From the NCBI GenBank assembly GCA_001600815.1, contig BCKZ01000005.1:557727-621726 (forward strand): a DNA stretch of 64,000 nt. Reading direction: 5' to 3'. Numbering within the stretch: the first letter of the stretch is position 1; each line of letters opens with the position of its first letter. Source of the DNA: Alloascoidea hylecoeti (lineage: Eukaryota). Below the pieces are notes generated by a model that worked only from the letters and a program-made list of their open reading frames with translations, was not told where the DNA came from and searched no databases. Position numbers and translations under genes: made by a program. Of this stretch, positions 36,529 to 47,193 are shown piece after piece.

Positions 36529-39141
36529 TCAATGTGCAAATCCACTACCACCAATAACTAAAGGATTGATTCGCACTGATTTATAAGGGCCATGATTATG
36601 AAGTCTTCTAACAGGTAAACTTTTTAACTCTTCAACTCCTGTAGAATCAATTGAGGTAAACTTCTTAGTTAGAAGACTATACTGAGAATGAGTCGGAAGT
36701 GTTGTATTTTCATCACCAAGCATGGATTTCCTTCTGAATTGTAATCCAGTTCCAATTGGTGGTGTAAGCTCAGAAGGATCAGAATCGGATCGTAAAGGAG
36801 CATCATCAAGCATAGATCTAACTGAACTGGACACTTTGAAAATGGGGGAAGGTGTCTTATTCATCGAACCAAAGGAGGAGGAAGAGTAGCTATGTTTAAA
36901 GGGAGTTAATGGCGAGTCAGGTACTGATTGATCAAATAATGATTTTGATGAGACTGTTGAAGAACGGTTCTTTGCGGAAAATTTTGGTTCATACGTTTGA
37001 TTATCATTTGAAGGTTCTTCATTATCTGATTCATCAACAGGTTCTAATGCAGAAACAAGTGATTTTCTTCTTTCGGTTGCTCTATTGGTTGAGTCAAAAT
37101 GTTCTGGGTCTTCTGCACTACTATTACTGCTCGACAATAAAGAAATAATTGATTCTTTACTATTCTTTTTTACACCTCCATTTTCAGTAGAATTACCATT
37201 TGAAGTTTTTACCGTTAATGTTTTCACAGAATCTGATTGAACTAAATCTTCATCCATTGGGAATGAAGAAGAGTCATGTCCATCTGAGTCATTAGTTTTC
37301 ATTGAACGATAAGAACCATCTCTTTTAAGTCCTGTAGTACTATCTAAAGAATAGTTTGTTTTCACTGAATCTCTTCTTAAAGGAGAAACGGTTGTTGGTG
37401 ATAAGTCTTCACTAGCGATAGATTTGTAAGAATTTTGTCGATCTAATGGATAGGTGTAATTTGTGTAAAGACTAACTGTTTCACCATTTTGAGACTCTAT
37501 TGGAATATTATTCGTAATAGGTTGAGTGTTGACAACAGCACTATCATCCAACATAGATTTTACAGGGGCTTTTGGTACTGCGGTTATCTTCGTTTTTTTC
37601 TCATCATTATTTGTAGGTAGTTCAAAATCAGTATAATGAGGAAAAGCAGGATGTTTTAAACAATCATCTTCATCAACACACATTTCAATTCTCTTAACCC
37701 AAGGATCTTGTAAAACTTTAGCAACTGACCAGCGGTAATTAGGATCTGGATCCATCATATGGAAAATAAGAGTTCTAGCAGCTGCCGGTTGAAAATGGTT
37801 AGCAAATGTTGACAAAGGGGGATTTGAATCTCTACCATTTGATCTAAAACTTGGGTTATTTAAAACATGCCTTTCAAAAGTATTTTTAAATTTTCGATAC
37901 TCTTCATCAGAAATGGATCTTGCTTCCCTGAATGGATTATGAAAAGTAATCATACAATAATAGGTGATTGCAATTGCCCAAGTATCAACTTTGAAAGGAT
38001 CATAAGGAGTTCTTGAAAGTTTTGGTACATCTTTTAATTCAAGTACCTCAGGTGCTAAATAAGGTGGAGAACCGACATAAAAAGTTGACATTTGTATGCC
38101 CTTTGATGCATCATATTTATCTTTCCAACCATAATCAGCAGATCCAAAATCACCAATTTTAACCACACTCTTTTCATTAATTAAAATGTTTTCTGGCTTA
38201 ATGTCACGATGAACAATCCCCATGTGATGTATATAAGCAACACCTCTTAAAATTTGTTTGAAAAGACAATTTCTATGTTCAGCTTGGATTTTAACATTAT
38301 GTTTTGAATAAGAACTGATAACGCTAAATAAATCACCATATTCGCAGTACTCCACGACAAGACCCCAACCTTTAGATTCAGATAAAGTCACCAGTGCAAT
38401 TGTCTCGACAATATTTGGATGGATCAAAGGTTTTGAAATAGAATATTCCTTTGCAATTCTAATGTAAAATTCGTATGGTTTCTCATCGGGCTCTAAAGTT
38501 GTAAATCTTTTTAAGGCATATATTTTATTATCAGATTTCCGAGATACAGTTAATACGGATGCACTTGCACCGTCACCTAATTTCTTGAAATGTTTATGGC
38601 CTGAAGTAAGTGTGTCAAACATATCATTAAAGTTTGCAGATTCAAGACGTAGTTCAATGGGTAAAAACGTGTTTGGATTCGCAACCGGATACGGCAATTT
38701 CAGCTGCTCTTCTTCATCACCAAGAAAGAACTTTTTACCTAAGGAAAATGTACCATTAGACGAAGTAGTGCTTGTGGGGAAAAGCTCAGTAGCCGGAGAA
38801 TTAAACTGAGGATGAGAAGGTTTTGAAGAGAAGGAAGTTGAGTAAGTGGAGCGACGATTGAGAGTTTGCTGTTTGGCCAATGCTTTAGGTGTTAATATCT
38901 GGCCTTTAGAAGTCAGTACATCAGTTGATGTAGTTCTGCTAGGAGGTTTAGGATTTGTACTAGAGATCGAATTTGATGGGTGACGGGACGGGAGGGTGTT
39001 TGCTCTGGTGACCTTTGCTATCGATTGATTAGAGGCATCGTTGTTTTGAGCCTGTGAGTGGGAATGCGAGTGTCCTCGCCGAAAAATGGTCTTGAAGGCC
39101 TTTCTATGACGATGTTCTGATTTTTCCTTTTCTCTGGACAT
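36529..39141 (-). CDS. PTK2: Ser/Thr protein kinase of the NPR/HAL family, Ptk1/Ptk2-like
   Basis: First ATG at 39141. LPYPVANPNTFLP pre-kinase motif, LGDGASASV, YALK, HRDIKPEN, DFG, VGSPPYLAPE, and Ser-rich flanks. Confidence 0.8.
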   Translation of the reverse strand: MSREKEKSEHRHRKAFKTIFRRGHSHSHSQAQNNDASNQSIAKVTRANTLPSRHPSNSISSTNPKPPSRTTSTDVLTSKGQILTPKALAKQQTLNRRSTYSTSFSSKPSHPQFNSPATELFPTSTTSSNGTFSLGKKFFLGDEEEQLKLPYPVANPNTFLPIELRLESANFNDMFDTLTSGHKHFKKLGDGASASVLTVSRKSDNKIYALKRFTTLEPDEKPYEFYIRIAKEYSISKPLIHPNIVETIALVTLSESKGWGLVVEYCEYGDLFSVISSYSKHNVKIQAEHRNCLFKQILRGVAYIHHMGIVHRDIKPENILINEKSVVKIGDFGSADYGWKDKYDASKGIQMSTFYVGSPPYLAPEVLELKDVPKLSRTPYDPFKVDTWAIAITYYCMITFHNPFREARSISDEEYRKFKNTFERHVLNNPSFRSNGRDSNPPLSTFANHFQPAAARTLIFHMMDPDPNYRWSVAKVLQDPWVKRIEMCVDEDDCLKHPAFPHYTDFELPTNNDEKKTKITAVPKAPVKSMLDDSAVVNTQPITNNIPIESQNGETVSLYTNYTYPLDRQNSYKSIASEDLSPTTVSPLRRDSVKTNYSLDSTTGLKRDGSYRSMKTNDSDGHDSSSFPMDEDLVQSDSVKTLTVKTSNGNSTENGGVKKNSKESIISLLSSSNSSAEDPEHFDSTNRATERRKSLVSALEPVDESDNEEPSNDNQTYEPKFSAKNRSSTVSSKSLFDQSVPDSPLTPFKHSYSSSSFGSMNKTPSPIFKVSSSVRSMLDDAPLRSDSDPSELTPPIGTGLQFRRKSMLGDENTTLPTHSQYSLLTKKFTSIDSTGVEELKSLPVRRLHNHGPYKSVRINPLVIGGSGFAH

Positions 39142-40792
39142 AATTAATTGCACAAAATTGAAGGCACACAAAGACGGGAAAAAGAAAAAACGCTGCTTTC
39201 ACTAGAGATCTCTTTTGATTTTAATCCGAATGTGTTGACCCGAGCCCACGTGTGCCATCAGGGAGGTGTAGGGCTCAAACGTATGCGAGTCGCAATGTAA
39301 CAGCACCCGATAAAATCAGGTCTGATTACACTGATATTCGATCCAACAGGTGCTTGCTCGTGATATTATATTATGAGCGCATAATTTCCTTTCCCACCAA
39401 TTGCTCCAAACAACTATGTATCAAACACTGTTAGATATCGATAACTATAGGATTATGTGGGCTTGTAGATATTAAACTAGCCATTTCACAGTGAACTTGC
39501 ACTAACTTCTCCAGCCCGAACAATTAAAACCTTAAGCACCAGTTCGCGTAGTTTATTCTGTATAGCACAAGACACTAGTCTCGTACTATGATACTCGACA
39601 GCCCACATTTCTTGATTTTCCCGATAGCGAAGATCCCATATTATAATATTAATTACTATCGATCCCTTTACGAGATATGATACGCAGAGTTACGATTTAG
39701 ACGCTGATTGTATCAAATTAAAAATGGTGATTATTAAGTAAAAACACCCATTATTTTAAATATCAAAAAAAGTAATATTAATTTTGGTAGTTGTTGTTAA
39801 CGTTCTATTAATTTGCAAATGATGATTGATCAGCTGTCTGTAATCTTTGTACATCTTGCATCTATAAATAATTATCAAATCCACCCTTTAAGGCCCGACC
39901 TCCTTATTTGCCAAAGATATCTGGTATTTACTAGGGGTTAGTGGGTATACCAATTCTTAATCACGCATGAGTACTTATCAGCAATGTTTTATCAACAGAC
40001 AAAGATAAGCCAGATCAAGCAAAAATACTTTGATTCTAAGGTATAATATAGGCCAATTAATCTAAAATGTAAAGCTTAGTGAGATTGGAATAACAAGCTC
40101 ATGTCATATCTATCAAAATAGGCATATTCTGGAATTTTCATGAAGATAATGCTGCATAAATCAACTTACAAGTTTAAATATAGATTTAAAATTAATACTG
40201 GATGAAGAAAAAATAAAGGAGTTGGTCTTTTGAAGTAATATTTAGTACGTTTACAGTCTGAAAAACACTTATAAGCATAGTCGTGGGTTCTTCTATGGGA
40301 GGCTATAATAATAATAACCGGTAACTACCGGTATAATATAAGTTTATAATTAAGCACCAACTAGTGGTAGCCTATTTTATCTTGAGTTAAGCAATGTTTT
40401 TAGCGCTATGGTCTATTGTTTAAAAGGGTGCGCATTGTGCAGGTGAAATATCCCCTCATAAAGAGAGATGCAATTGAACAGTGGAAAAAGAAAAAACTTA
40501 TGAAGAGTCACGTTCAATGGTTTCGCGATATCTTTCTAATCTGAAGCTTAAGGGAAATGTAAAAAGATCTTTAAACTGTTCAAGTGAGATTCTTAACTAA
40601 GTTGCAATAGTTAGGGTTATGGCGTTTTGAATATGATATAGGCAAAAAGGGGATAATGAGATTAATGAAGATTATAGCGATACTCATTGTGAGTAATATA
40701 TAAGTTATACAATCGTTTTTCTGGTACATTACAAAGGTTATGATACCTAATTTAATAAAATCCAATTTTTAATAGTTTTAATTTGAAACCAA

Positions 40793-40982
40793 CTGAGTAA
40801 GCATGGATATCCAGTTCCCAAAATACTCAAAAAGCTTAATATTCCTGTTGTACAGGACACAATAAAGAAATTTGCCTACAACCCTGATATCTGGCGTTGC
40901 CTCCGCTGAAAAACAGCCCTCCTTACTGATAATGAATCAAATTCTGAGGGTTGTGAAAGCTAACCCCTCGGATGCGGGTTAA
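40793..40982 (+). mobile_element. Degenerate Tc1-like transposase N-terminal DNA-binding (HTH) fragment
   Basis: LSKHGYPVPKILKKLNIPVVQDTIKKF...LR*KTALLTDNE, frameshift, then QILRVVKANP. This resembles the Tc1 pattern IAKxLNIPxSTVxxxIKRF...GRPxxLT...ILRxVKxNP. Confidence 0.5.
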
Positions 40983-41254
40983 TTTATCCGCCAAGACTCA
41001 CATTCGCCGAGTTGTAATACTCTGCTGCACTTGCTGCACGAGATTTCAATTTTTTTTTTTTTTTCATTTTTGAGGTGTGATATGACATCTTTTGTAGAAT
41101 CACAAAGAGGAGTGTGATATTTTATTTCACATAGCCTCTGTAGCTGAAACAAATAAACCACCTTTTGATAATAATAGAAGAGGAATCTGAATTAGTTTCT
41201 GGTTATTTTACAGAATATTCAGGGGATCATTTCGTGTTTTTTTTATTTAGCAGA

Positions 41255-41518
41255 ATATTCTAATAATGAAAAAGAAAGAATTGAGAACTTAAACATGATT
41301 ATATCAAATTAGCATTAGATGAAGCAGATAGAATATTAGATATATTTAAACAAACTATACACCGAATTCTTGCATTTTTACCAATGGATATACAAACATT
41401 TTTAGAAACTCAAAGAAAATCAATTTATTTTTTAGCACGATTAAATTTAAAAAATCCGTTGTTTATAACTTCAACTATGGCCAGGCCTTTGAAAGAAGAT
41501 CATAATACATTGCAATAA
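41255..41518 (+). pseudogene. DEAD-box helicase fragment (Dbp4/Has1-like)
   Basis: NEKERIENLNMIIS, frameshift, then LALDEADRILDIFKQTIHRILAFLPMDIQTFLETQRKSIYFLARLNLKNP. DEAD is at 41318-41329. Motif III (SAT) is damaged, there is no start codon and no second RecA domain. Confidence 0.75.
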
Positions 41519-41908
41519 AGTCTAGGTCTGTAAGACTTATGATATTGATAATCTGATTGATTTCATTCCTTGTAAAATGGCAGTAACACTAAATACTGGA
41601 TTTAATGCACACTAATAATCTCTGTATAGCTAGTATATACGAAATATTTTGCACTTTTTTAAAAGCAGTTTAAGGAGTAATAAGGATGTTCAATAGCTGG
41701 TTATAATATTGCCTTTTTTTGGAAATTGGCCATGGAAAATGTTCTAGAGGTTTAGACAGTATTGTAAAACAGTCATTTCACTTAATTTCGGACATTTAGC
41801 TAATAATAATATATGGCTATCAAAATGATCCAGTTACAACAACAACAAAAATTTTAACCAGATAATTATTAGGTATAATGACTGACCATACAGTATGTTA
41901 TAAGATTA

Positions 41909-42670
41909 TTAATTTTTCCTCCTAAGTTTTGAGACGAGTTTTGAGACAAATTTTGAAAGTATATTTTTCTTATCCTTAACCTTTTTTTCACTGGTATTTT
42001 TAGCAATGGTAGTTGTATCTGAAACTGTCTTTCCAAGGTTATCATGATCATTATCGGATTTTGATTCGAAGTTCATAGAGGTCATCAAGGGACTAGTTAT
42101 ACTACTAGTTATTATTTCACTGGGTAATGGCAATTCCTCTTCAAGCTCCACATTATTTTCCAATTCTTTTTTATTTCGTTCATATAATTCAGGAAATTCG
42201 ATTTTAAATAGTTTGATAGTTTCACAATTTGTCCTTTTTGATTCCTTCGCAAACTTGATTCGAGCTTCTGAATCAGGTTTCACCCAGCCAATAGTAAGAC
42301 CATCTGATGTGCACATAAAAGTGACAATACCTAACAAAACAGCATTAACACTTAACTTCGGATTCCAGTATTGTTTATCGGCAAACTGCAAACAAATCTT
42401 CTTATTTGTCTCAAATCGCCCATTTGGTGTATAAAAGACAACTGTTGGGATGTAGTTTGGATAATTATTGGGGAAAAGGATACTTCCAAAGTATTGACCA
42501 TTGGCATAGGGCGTATCTGGGGGACCAATAAATACAAAATACCACAAGAAAATGTTATCATTTGTTGGATGAGCTCTCAAATTTGGAGAAGGATGTTCGA
42601 CGATATATTTATAATCTTTGGTTAAACGTTTTATAGCGCTAGCAGGTAGTACAGCTGCTGCTGTTGACAT
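41909..42670 (-). CDS. Divergent Ubc6-like ubiquitin-conjugating enzyme (E2)
   Basis: KRLTKDYK, GPPDTPYANGQY, the Ubc6-specific TPNGRF, catalytic Cys in KKICL, WNP..SV, and F..EFPEL. No hydrophobic C-terminal anchor. Confidence 0.85.
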   Translation of the reverse strand: MSTAAAVLPASAIKRLTKDYKYIVEHPSPNLRAHPTNDNIFLWYFVFIGPPDTPYANGQYFGSILFPNNYPNYIPTVVFYTPNGRFETNKKICLQFADKQYWNPKLSVNAVLLGIVTFMCTSDGLTIGWVKPDSEARIKFAKESKRTNCETIKLFKIEFPELYERNKKELENNVELEEELPLPSEIITSSITSPLMTSMNFESKSDNDHDNLGKTVSDTTTIAKNTSEKKVKDKKNILSKFVSKLVSKLRRKN

Positions 42671-43518
42671 TTTTGACTATTTATATAATGTCTATACTTT
42701 TGGTCCACAAGGTGCCAAATCATGGATTTGAAAACAGTTGTCTTAAGGTAGGTCGGGGGTAGGTCGTTCAATTTGAAGCTTAAAGTCCTCCAAATTTTAA
42801 TCTACAATTCTGATATTATTATAGAACTAGTATTATAGCCGAATATATAGGTATAAATATAGGGCCTAAACCTGTAATATTTATATTGAGGTTATTCTAA
42901 GATATAGGAGAAAACTATAGAACAAAAGGATTATTCACCTGTTAATATAATACATTTATAAGGATCTTACAGTATTACCAAAAATATATAAAGACATAAT
43001 CAATCTCAAGATTTATCACCCAAATACGATTTTATAACTAAATAAGAATTTAGGCTAATAGCATTTTATATAATACTACATTTAATACAATAACTACATT
43101 ATAAGTGTTACAATTTTTTTTTGCTACTGTAATTGTTTAGATGCTGAGTTCCAATTACAAACACTTTTTCAAATTTACCTGTTTTAAACAAAAAAAACAT
43201 TATCTTTTTATTACTTTCTGAGTTTTTTTGGGTTCCCTTGACTATATGTAGTAGAACATACTATAATTTTTTTAGTTATAATATCTTTAAACACAAACTC
43301 TTTGTATCCACCTATAATTATAGGTGTAACATTAACTATAAACTAAATACTACAAAAGCTACATATATATAAAAGATTTATAAAGTCCATCAGATATCTA
43401 TTATAGAAGCTAGATATATATTCTATAGCTACAAAAAATTTAATTATTGTATTACAAAAGTAAGATTTAAAAAGCATTAAATAAAAAGCGCTTGTAAATT
43501 TAAATCTTTCTAATATTA

Positions 43519-44757
43519 TTATATTTGCTGCTCTTCATCTTGAGGTACTGCCTTTTTAGCGGTCCCAACACCAACAATACCTTGATGTTGATCGTCACCA
43601 AGCCATGGTTTGACTGATTCACCATGTGCTCCATTTTCAGAGAACAAATAGAACAAAATAACTCCAGCAATAGTACAGACAAATCCTATTGGGTATAACC
43701 AATAAACATAATAACCAAAAAGTTCAATACCGATTAATAAACCCCAAAAATCACTAGTCAGTAATGACAAATTATAAAAAACAGCAGATGACATTCTAAA
43801 TAAGATAGGAGTAGTTGAGTATAGTATAAGCATAGTAAGAACATATCCTACCAAGTAACCACCAACTTTACCATTCCATGTAGCATCAGCAATGGCACCA
43901 CGGTCAAAAATAGCAGCCTGAACACCCATAATTATCATAGCCCAGAATGCTAGTTGACCCACAACTTCATATAGAGGTTTTTTCGAGACCAAAAATTCTT
44001 CGAAAGTATTAGAAATACCATAGAAAGTAGCTCCTAAAATGACAAATAAATCACCCTTTAAAACGTCAGAGGCTTGATAATCTTTATCTGTAATTCTATC
44101 AGAAGCGCAAACAATTCCTAAACCACCAATACAGATGACAATTCCAACAATTTGTAAAATCCGATATCTAACTTTTAAAATGAAAAATGAAAGAATAATA
44201 ACAACAGCTATAGCCCAACAATCTAATAATTGTGCACTAAGTAGATTTGTATAACGATAGGCTAAAACCACAAAATAATTACCTTCAACATCAGCAAATG
44301 CTAAAATAAAGAATTTCCAGCCATCTTTCCAAATTACTTTAAACCACTTTTTAAAGCCATAGCGATAAATGGTATATGGAGTGAATATAATATTTAAAAC
44401 AGCATAAACAAGTAAAGTTTGTAAAGCAGGCATTGAAGCACCTTCATTACCCAAGTAGGTTGTAAAAGTATTTGTAGAAACAATACACCACGATAAAACT
44501 TGACCATGGAGTAAAATTATCCAAAAATGGATCGTCCAAATGAAGCCCCAGGCATTCTTCAACTGTTTTAAAAAACGTTCTTTATAGGTTTTTGATTCAA
44601 CAGTATCGATATAATTTGCTTGTACTTCTTCATATTGTTCTTGGTTTTTATCTGAATGATCTGAAGCACTATCATAGGAACGGTGAGTGCCATCAACTAA
44701 GAGTTCAATATTCCGTTTGGGGATTTCATCTTGAGATTCTTTATTATTTATAGACAT
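43519..44757 (-). CDS. SLC35F1/F2 (DUF914) solute carrier
   Basis: GQVLSWCI, DVEGNYFVVLAYRYT, SAQLLDCWAI, GDL..GATFYGISN..EE and NLSLLTSDFW; 10 TM segments. Confidence 0.9.
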   Translation of the reverse strand: MSINNKESQDEIPKRNIELLVDGTHRSYDSASDHSDKNQEQYEEVQANYIDTVESKTYKERFLKQLKNAWGFIWTIHFWIILLHGQVLSWCIVSTNTFTTYLGNEGASMPALQTLLVYAVLNIIFTPYTIYRYGFKKWFKVIWKDGWKFFILAFADVEGNYFVVLAYRYTNLLSAQLLDCWAIAVVIILSFFILKVRYRILQIVGIVICIGGLGIVCASDRITDKDYQASDVLKGDLFVILGATFYGISNTFEEFLVSKKPLYEVVGQLAFWAMIIMGVQAAIFDRGAIADATWNGKVGGYLVGYVLTMLILYSTTPILFRMSSAVFYNLSLLTSDFWGLLIGIELFGYYVYWLYPIGFVCTIAGVILFYLFSENGAHGESVKPWLGDDQHQGIVGVGTAKKAVPQDEEQQI

Positions 44758-46499
44758 GTTGTATGTTTTATATTCGTATTTTCTAAGGTTTCTTGGCTCT
44801 TATAATTAATCTTGGCGATGATCTGTTAAGAGAAATTCTTATCCTTTGCTAATAATTTTGATAGAAGAGTTCTCGCCCTTAAATTCACGAAAGTAGAACT
44901 CTAAAAGGTCGATCGTAAATATAATATTAAGGGTAGGAAGTTGCGTTGAAAATGCAAATATATTTAAATATAAGGAAGAAGGAAAAAAGTTTTTGGACGG
45001 TTGGCTTTTATATTTAATGAAATTATTTTTTTTTCATTTTGCCGTATGTTTTTCAAACTTTACTGCAAAATCAATTTATTTTTTAATTGCAGATCCTAAT
45101 AGTCAAAATCTTCTGTTAACCCTCATCGCAAGTTATTACTTCATTTCTTCACTGACTGTGTATAAAAATCAGCAAGATATAACCGATGATCATCAGAGTG
45201 TGTAAAAAAATGATGCAACCATACTTTCGCGAATGTACACGACCATCATAGTGCTACGTAACTATATTTTTGGCTGAACTGTCTCCTAGAGCTCCATATA
45301 TGAATTAATATTATTATTATTATCATTGTTCTATTAAATTTCGGGCAATGGAATTCGTTTCCATTGGACAGAATTATTTGGTCTACTTATGTATAGCGGT
45401 ATACATTGATTCCACTTAGTTGAGGCCGTGTTGATCATGAATCATCGGCCACCTCCATGTACCCTGTTAATATGCAGGGAAATGGAACAGCTTCGGGTGT
45501 CAAACCCGGTCGAAAATTAGCTATGGAATTTCCGATAATTAATAGTCAATAAGGACGAAGTTAAGTGGAACCACGATATACCATAAGGATATAAAAAAGA
45601 GTATGGGTTGAAACACGTTTATTAAGTATTGAAATGATAATGTGATAGGCGTACATTCTCTTAAGTGGTTCGATTCAATTAAGAGCAAAAGAGACAAGGG
45701 GACTATTAATAAATTATTGATAATTAATATTGTAGTAAAGGCTTTCTCGAAGAAAAGTTACATGACATATTTTCACATATAACCGATTAGAGAGAGTTAA
45801 CTTCTCCATGCACCAAAATTCATTTTCTTTGGAGGCTTAGGCTCCAGCCCTTGAGGTTAATGTTGTTTCTCACTCATCAAAGATATGCCTCCTGATTCCT
45901 AAACGTCTGCACCACCCACAATGAAGAATATAAGCTTATAGAATTTGATGCCAAGAATTATATCCCAAGGATGACTAAAAGTTTATATCTACCTAAAACT
46001 GAAGGAGAAAGAAAATCTCTCTATCATAGAGAATTCCTCCAACTTCCTGTACTATTGGTATTTATATCTGTTGATCGACAATCCCTTTAATTGACTTTTT
46101 ACAATGCTGTGAACCTTGTTTTGAATTTCAATTGTAGAGAATCTGAATATTTAGTGATGGCCATTAACTTGCTATAGATCTAGAAGTTTATTGTACGGGT
46201 ACATGTACATAGTTTAAAATCATGATATATAATACATGTGGGTATAATATTGTTAGAAATAAGGGTTTAGAGGAATCGCTCCACGTTCTGTTACACTTTG
46301 AAAAGTGATTGATTTCAATATAAATTTAAAGCAGTTTATCAGTTGAATTATATTTGATTATTTATAAATGTAAGAATATTTTGTTTTAAGAGTTCTATAG
46401 CTAGTGCTTATAACTGGGGGTGTTCCCAATCTTGCAACTGTCAGATTAACTGATTAGGTTTTTTTTCAACTGCAAAAAATATTATTGTAGTATATTTAC

Positions 46500-46858
46500 T
46501 GTTTGATATCTGACATCCTTTGAACGATGGGATTATGCTGTAACGTCGACCTTACGGAGATATGGTCTGGCTAGATATATATACAATAATCAAACAGATA
46601 ATAACCAAGTTCAAAAGATGTCAGATATCAAACATGGTAGCGGCGCCGCCACGAGAGGCATCAGGTTCGAGTCCGCCGTAGGACGGTAGTTTACATCAGT
46701 CTAGTTGAGGCTTAGTAGGGTAACGCATAAATGGCCCGAAAGTAAAATGTCCGAGTCAGTCTGCAAGAAGTCCGAAACCCGCAAGATCACGGGGGTGAGC
46801 AGATATGGCGATTAGTAAAGTGACCTGCCTAAGGTTGGGGGGTGTGTTGGATATATAT
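46500..46858 (+). mobile_element. Miniature LTR-retrotransposon-like remnant (LTR end + PBS + ~200-bp internal region + PPT + LTR start)
   Basis: ...GATATCAAACA (ends 46634) is immediately followed by TGGTAGCG (46635-46642), complementary to the initiator-tRNA 3' end. GGGGGG (46837-46842) precedes TGTTGGATAT (46845). A 26-bp inverted repeat lies at 46500-46525/46609-46634. Confidence 0.6.
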
Positions 46859-47193
46859 TACACTCTTAGAACAGTTCACTAATGAGTCGATTGGCTTTTT
46901 GGCGCAACTGGGAGAACAGGCACTTTGAACTTTAACATTTACTTATATTAAGTAAGTGCCCAATAACAAAAAAAGAGGCTTAAAATTATTTTTAATTCAA
47001 TTAGCTTAATATTAATTGCATATAATTAAAGATATATAAATAGTTCTGAATATTTCTTAAATCTAAATAAATAAAATATAGGTGTAAAATCAATTCCAAT
47101 GATAGCTATGAATTTAGTCATAAACTCAATAATAATTAAACAGCTATAGAATTTCTTTTTCTTTTTGAAAACGTTGTATTAGTAGCAGTATTA

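Noticed and set aside
39450..39612. Possible inverted repeat ATGTGGGCT...AGCCCACAT upstream of PTK2
   Set aside because: Only about 9 bp match well and inner similarity is poor.
45655..45690. GGTTCGATTC B-box inside a small hairpin
   Set aside because: No A-box or tRNA structure; a chance match or isolated TFIIIC site cannot be distinguished.
45930..46170. Peptide SLYLPKTEG resembling the LINE reverse-transcriptase C-terminal LYLPxxxGGLG motif
   Set aside because: A single short motif lacking GGLG, with no other RT motifs nearby.
46635..46690. tRNA gene or tRNA-derived SINE suggested by the B-box-like GGTTCGAGTCC (46665-46675)
   Set aside because: No cloverleaf, acceptor stem or poly-T terminator. 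The sequence is better explained as antisense to tRNA-iMet (primer-binding region).
46740..46790. Hammerhead-ribozyme-like CTG...GAAA spacing
   Set aside because: The core CUGANGA is not present and the three stems cannot be formed.
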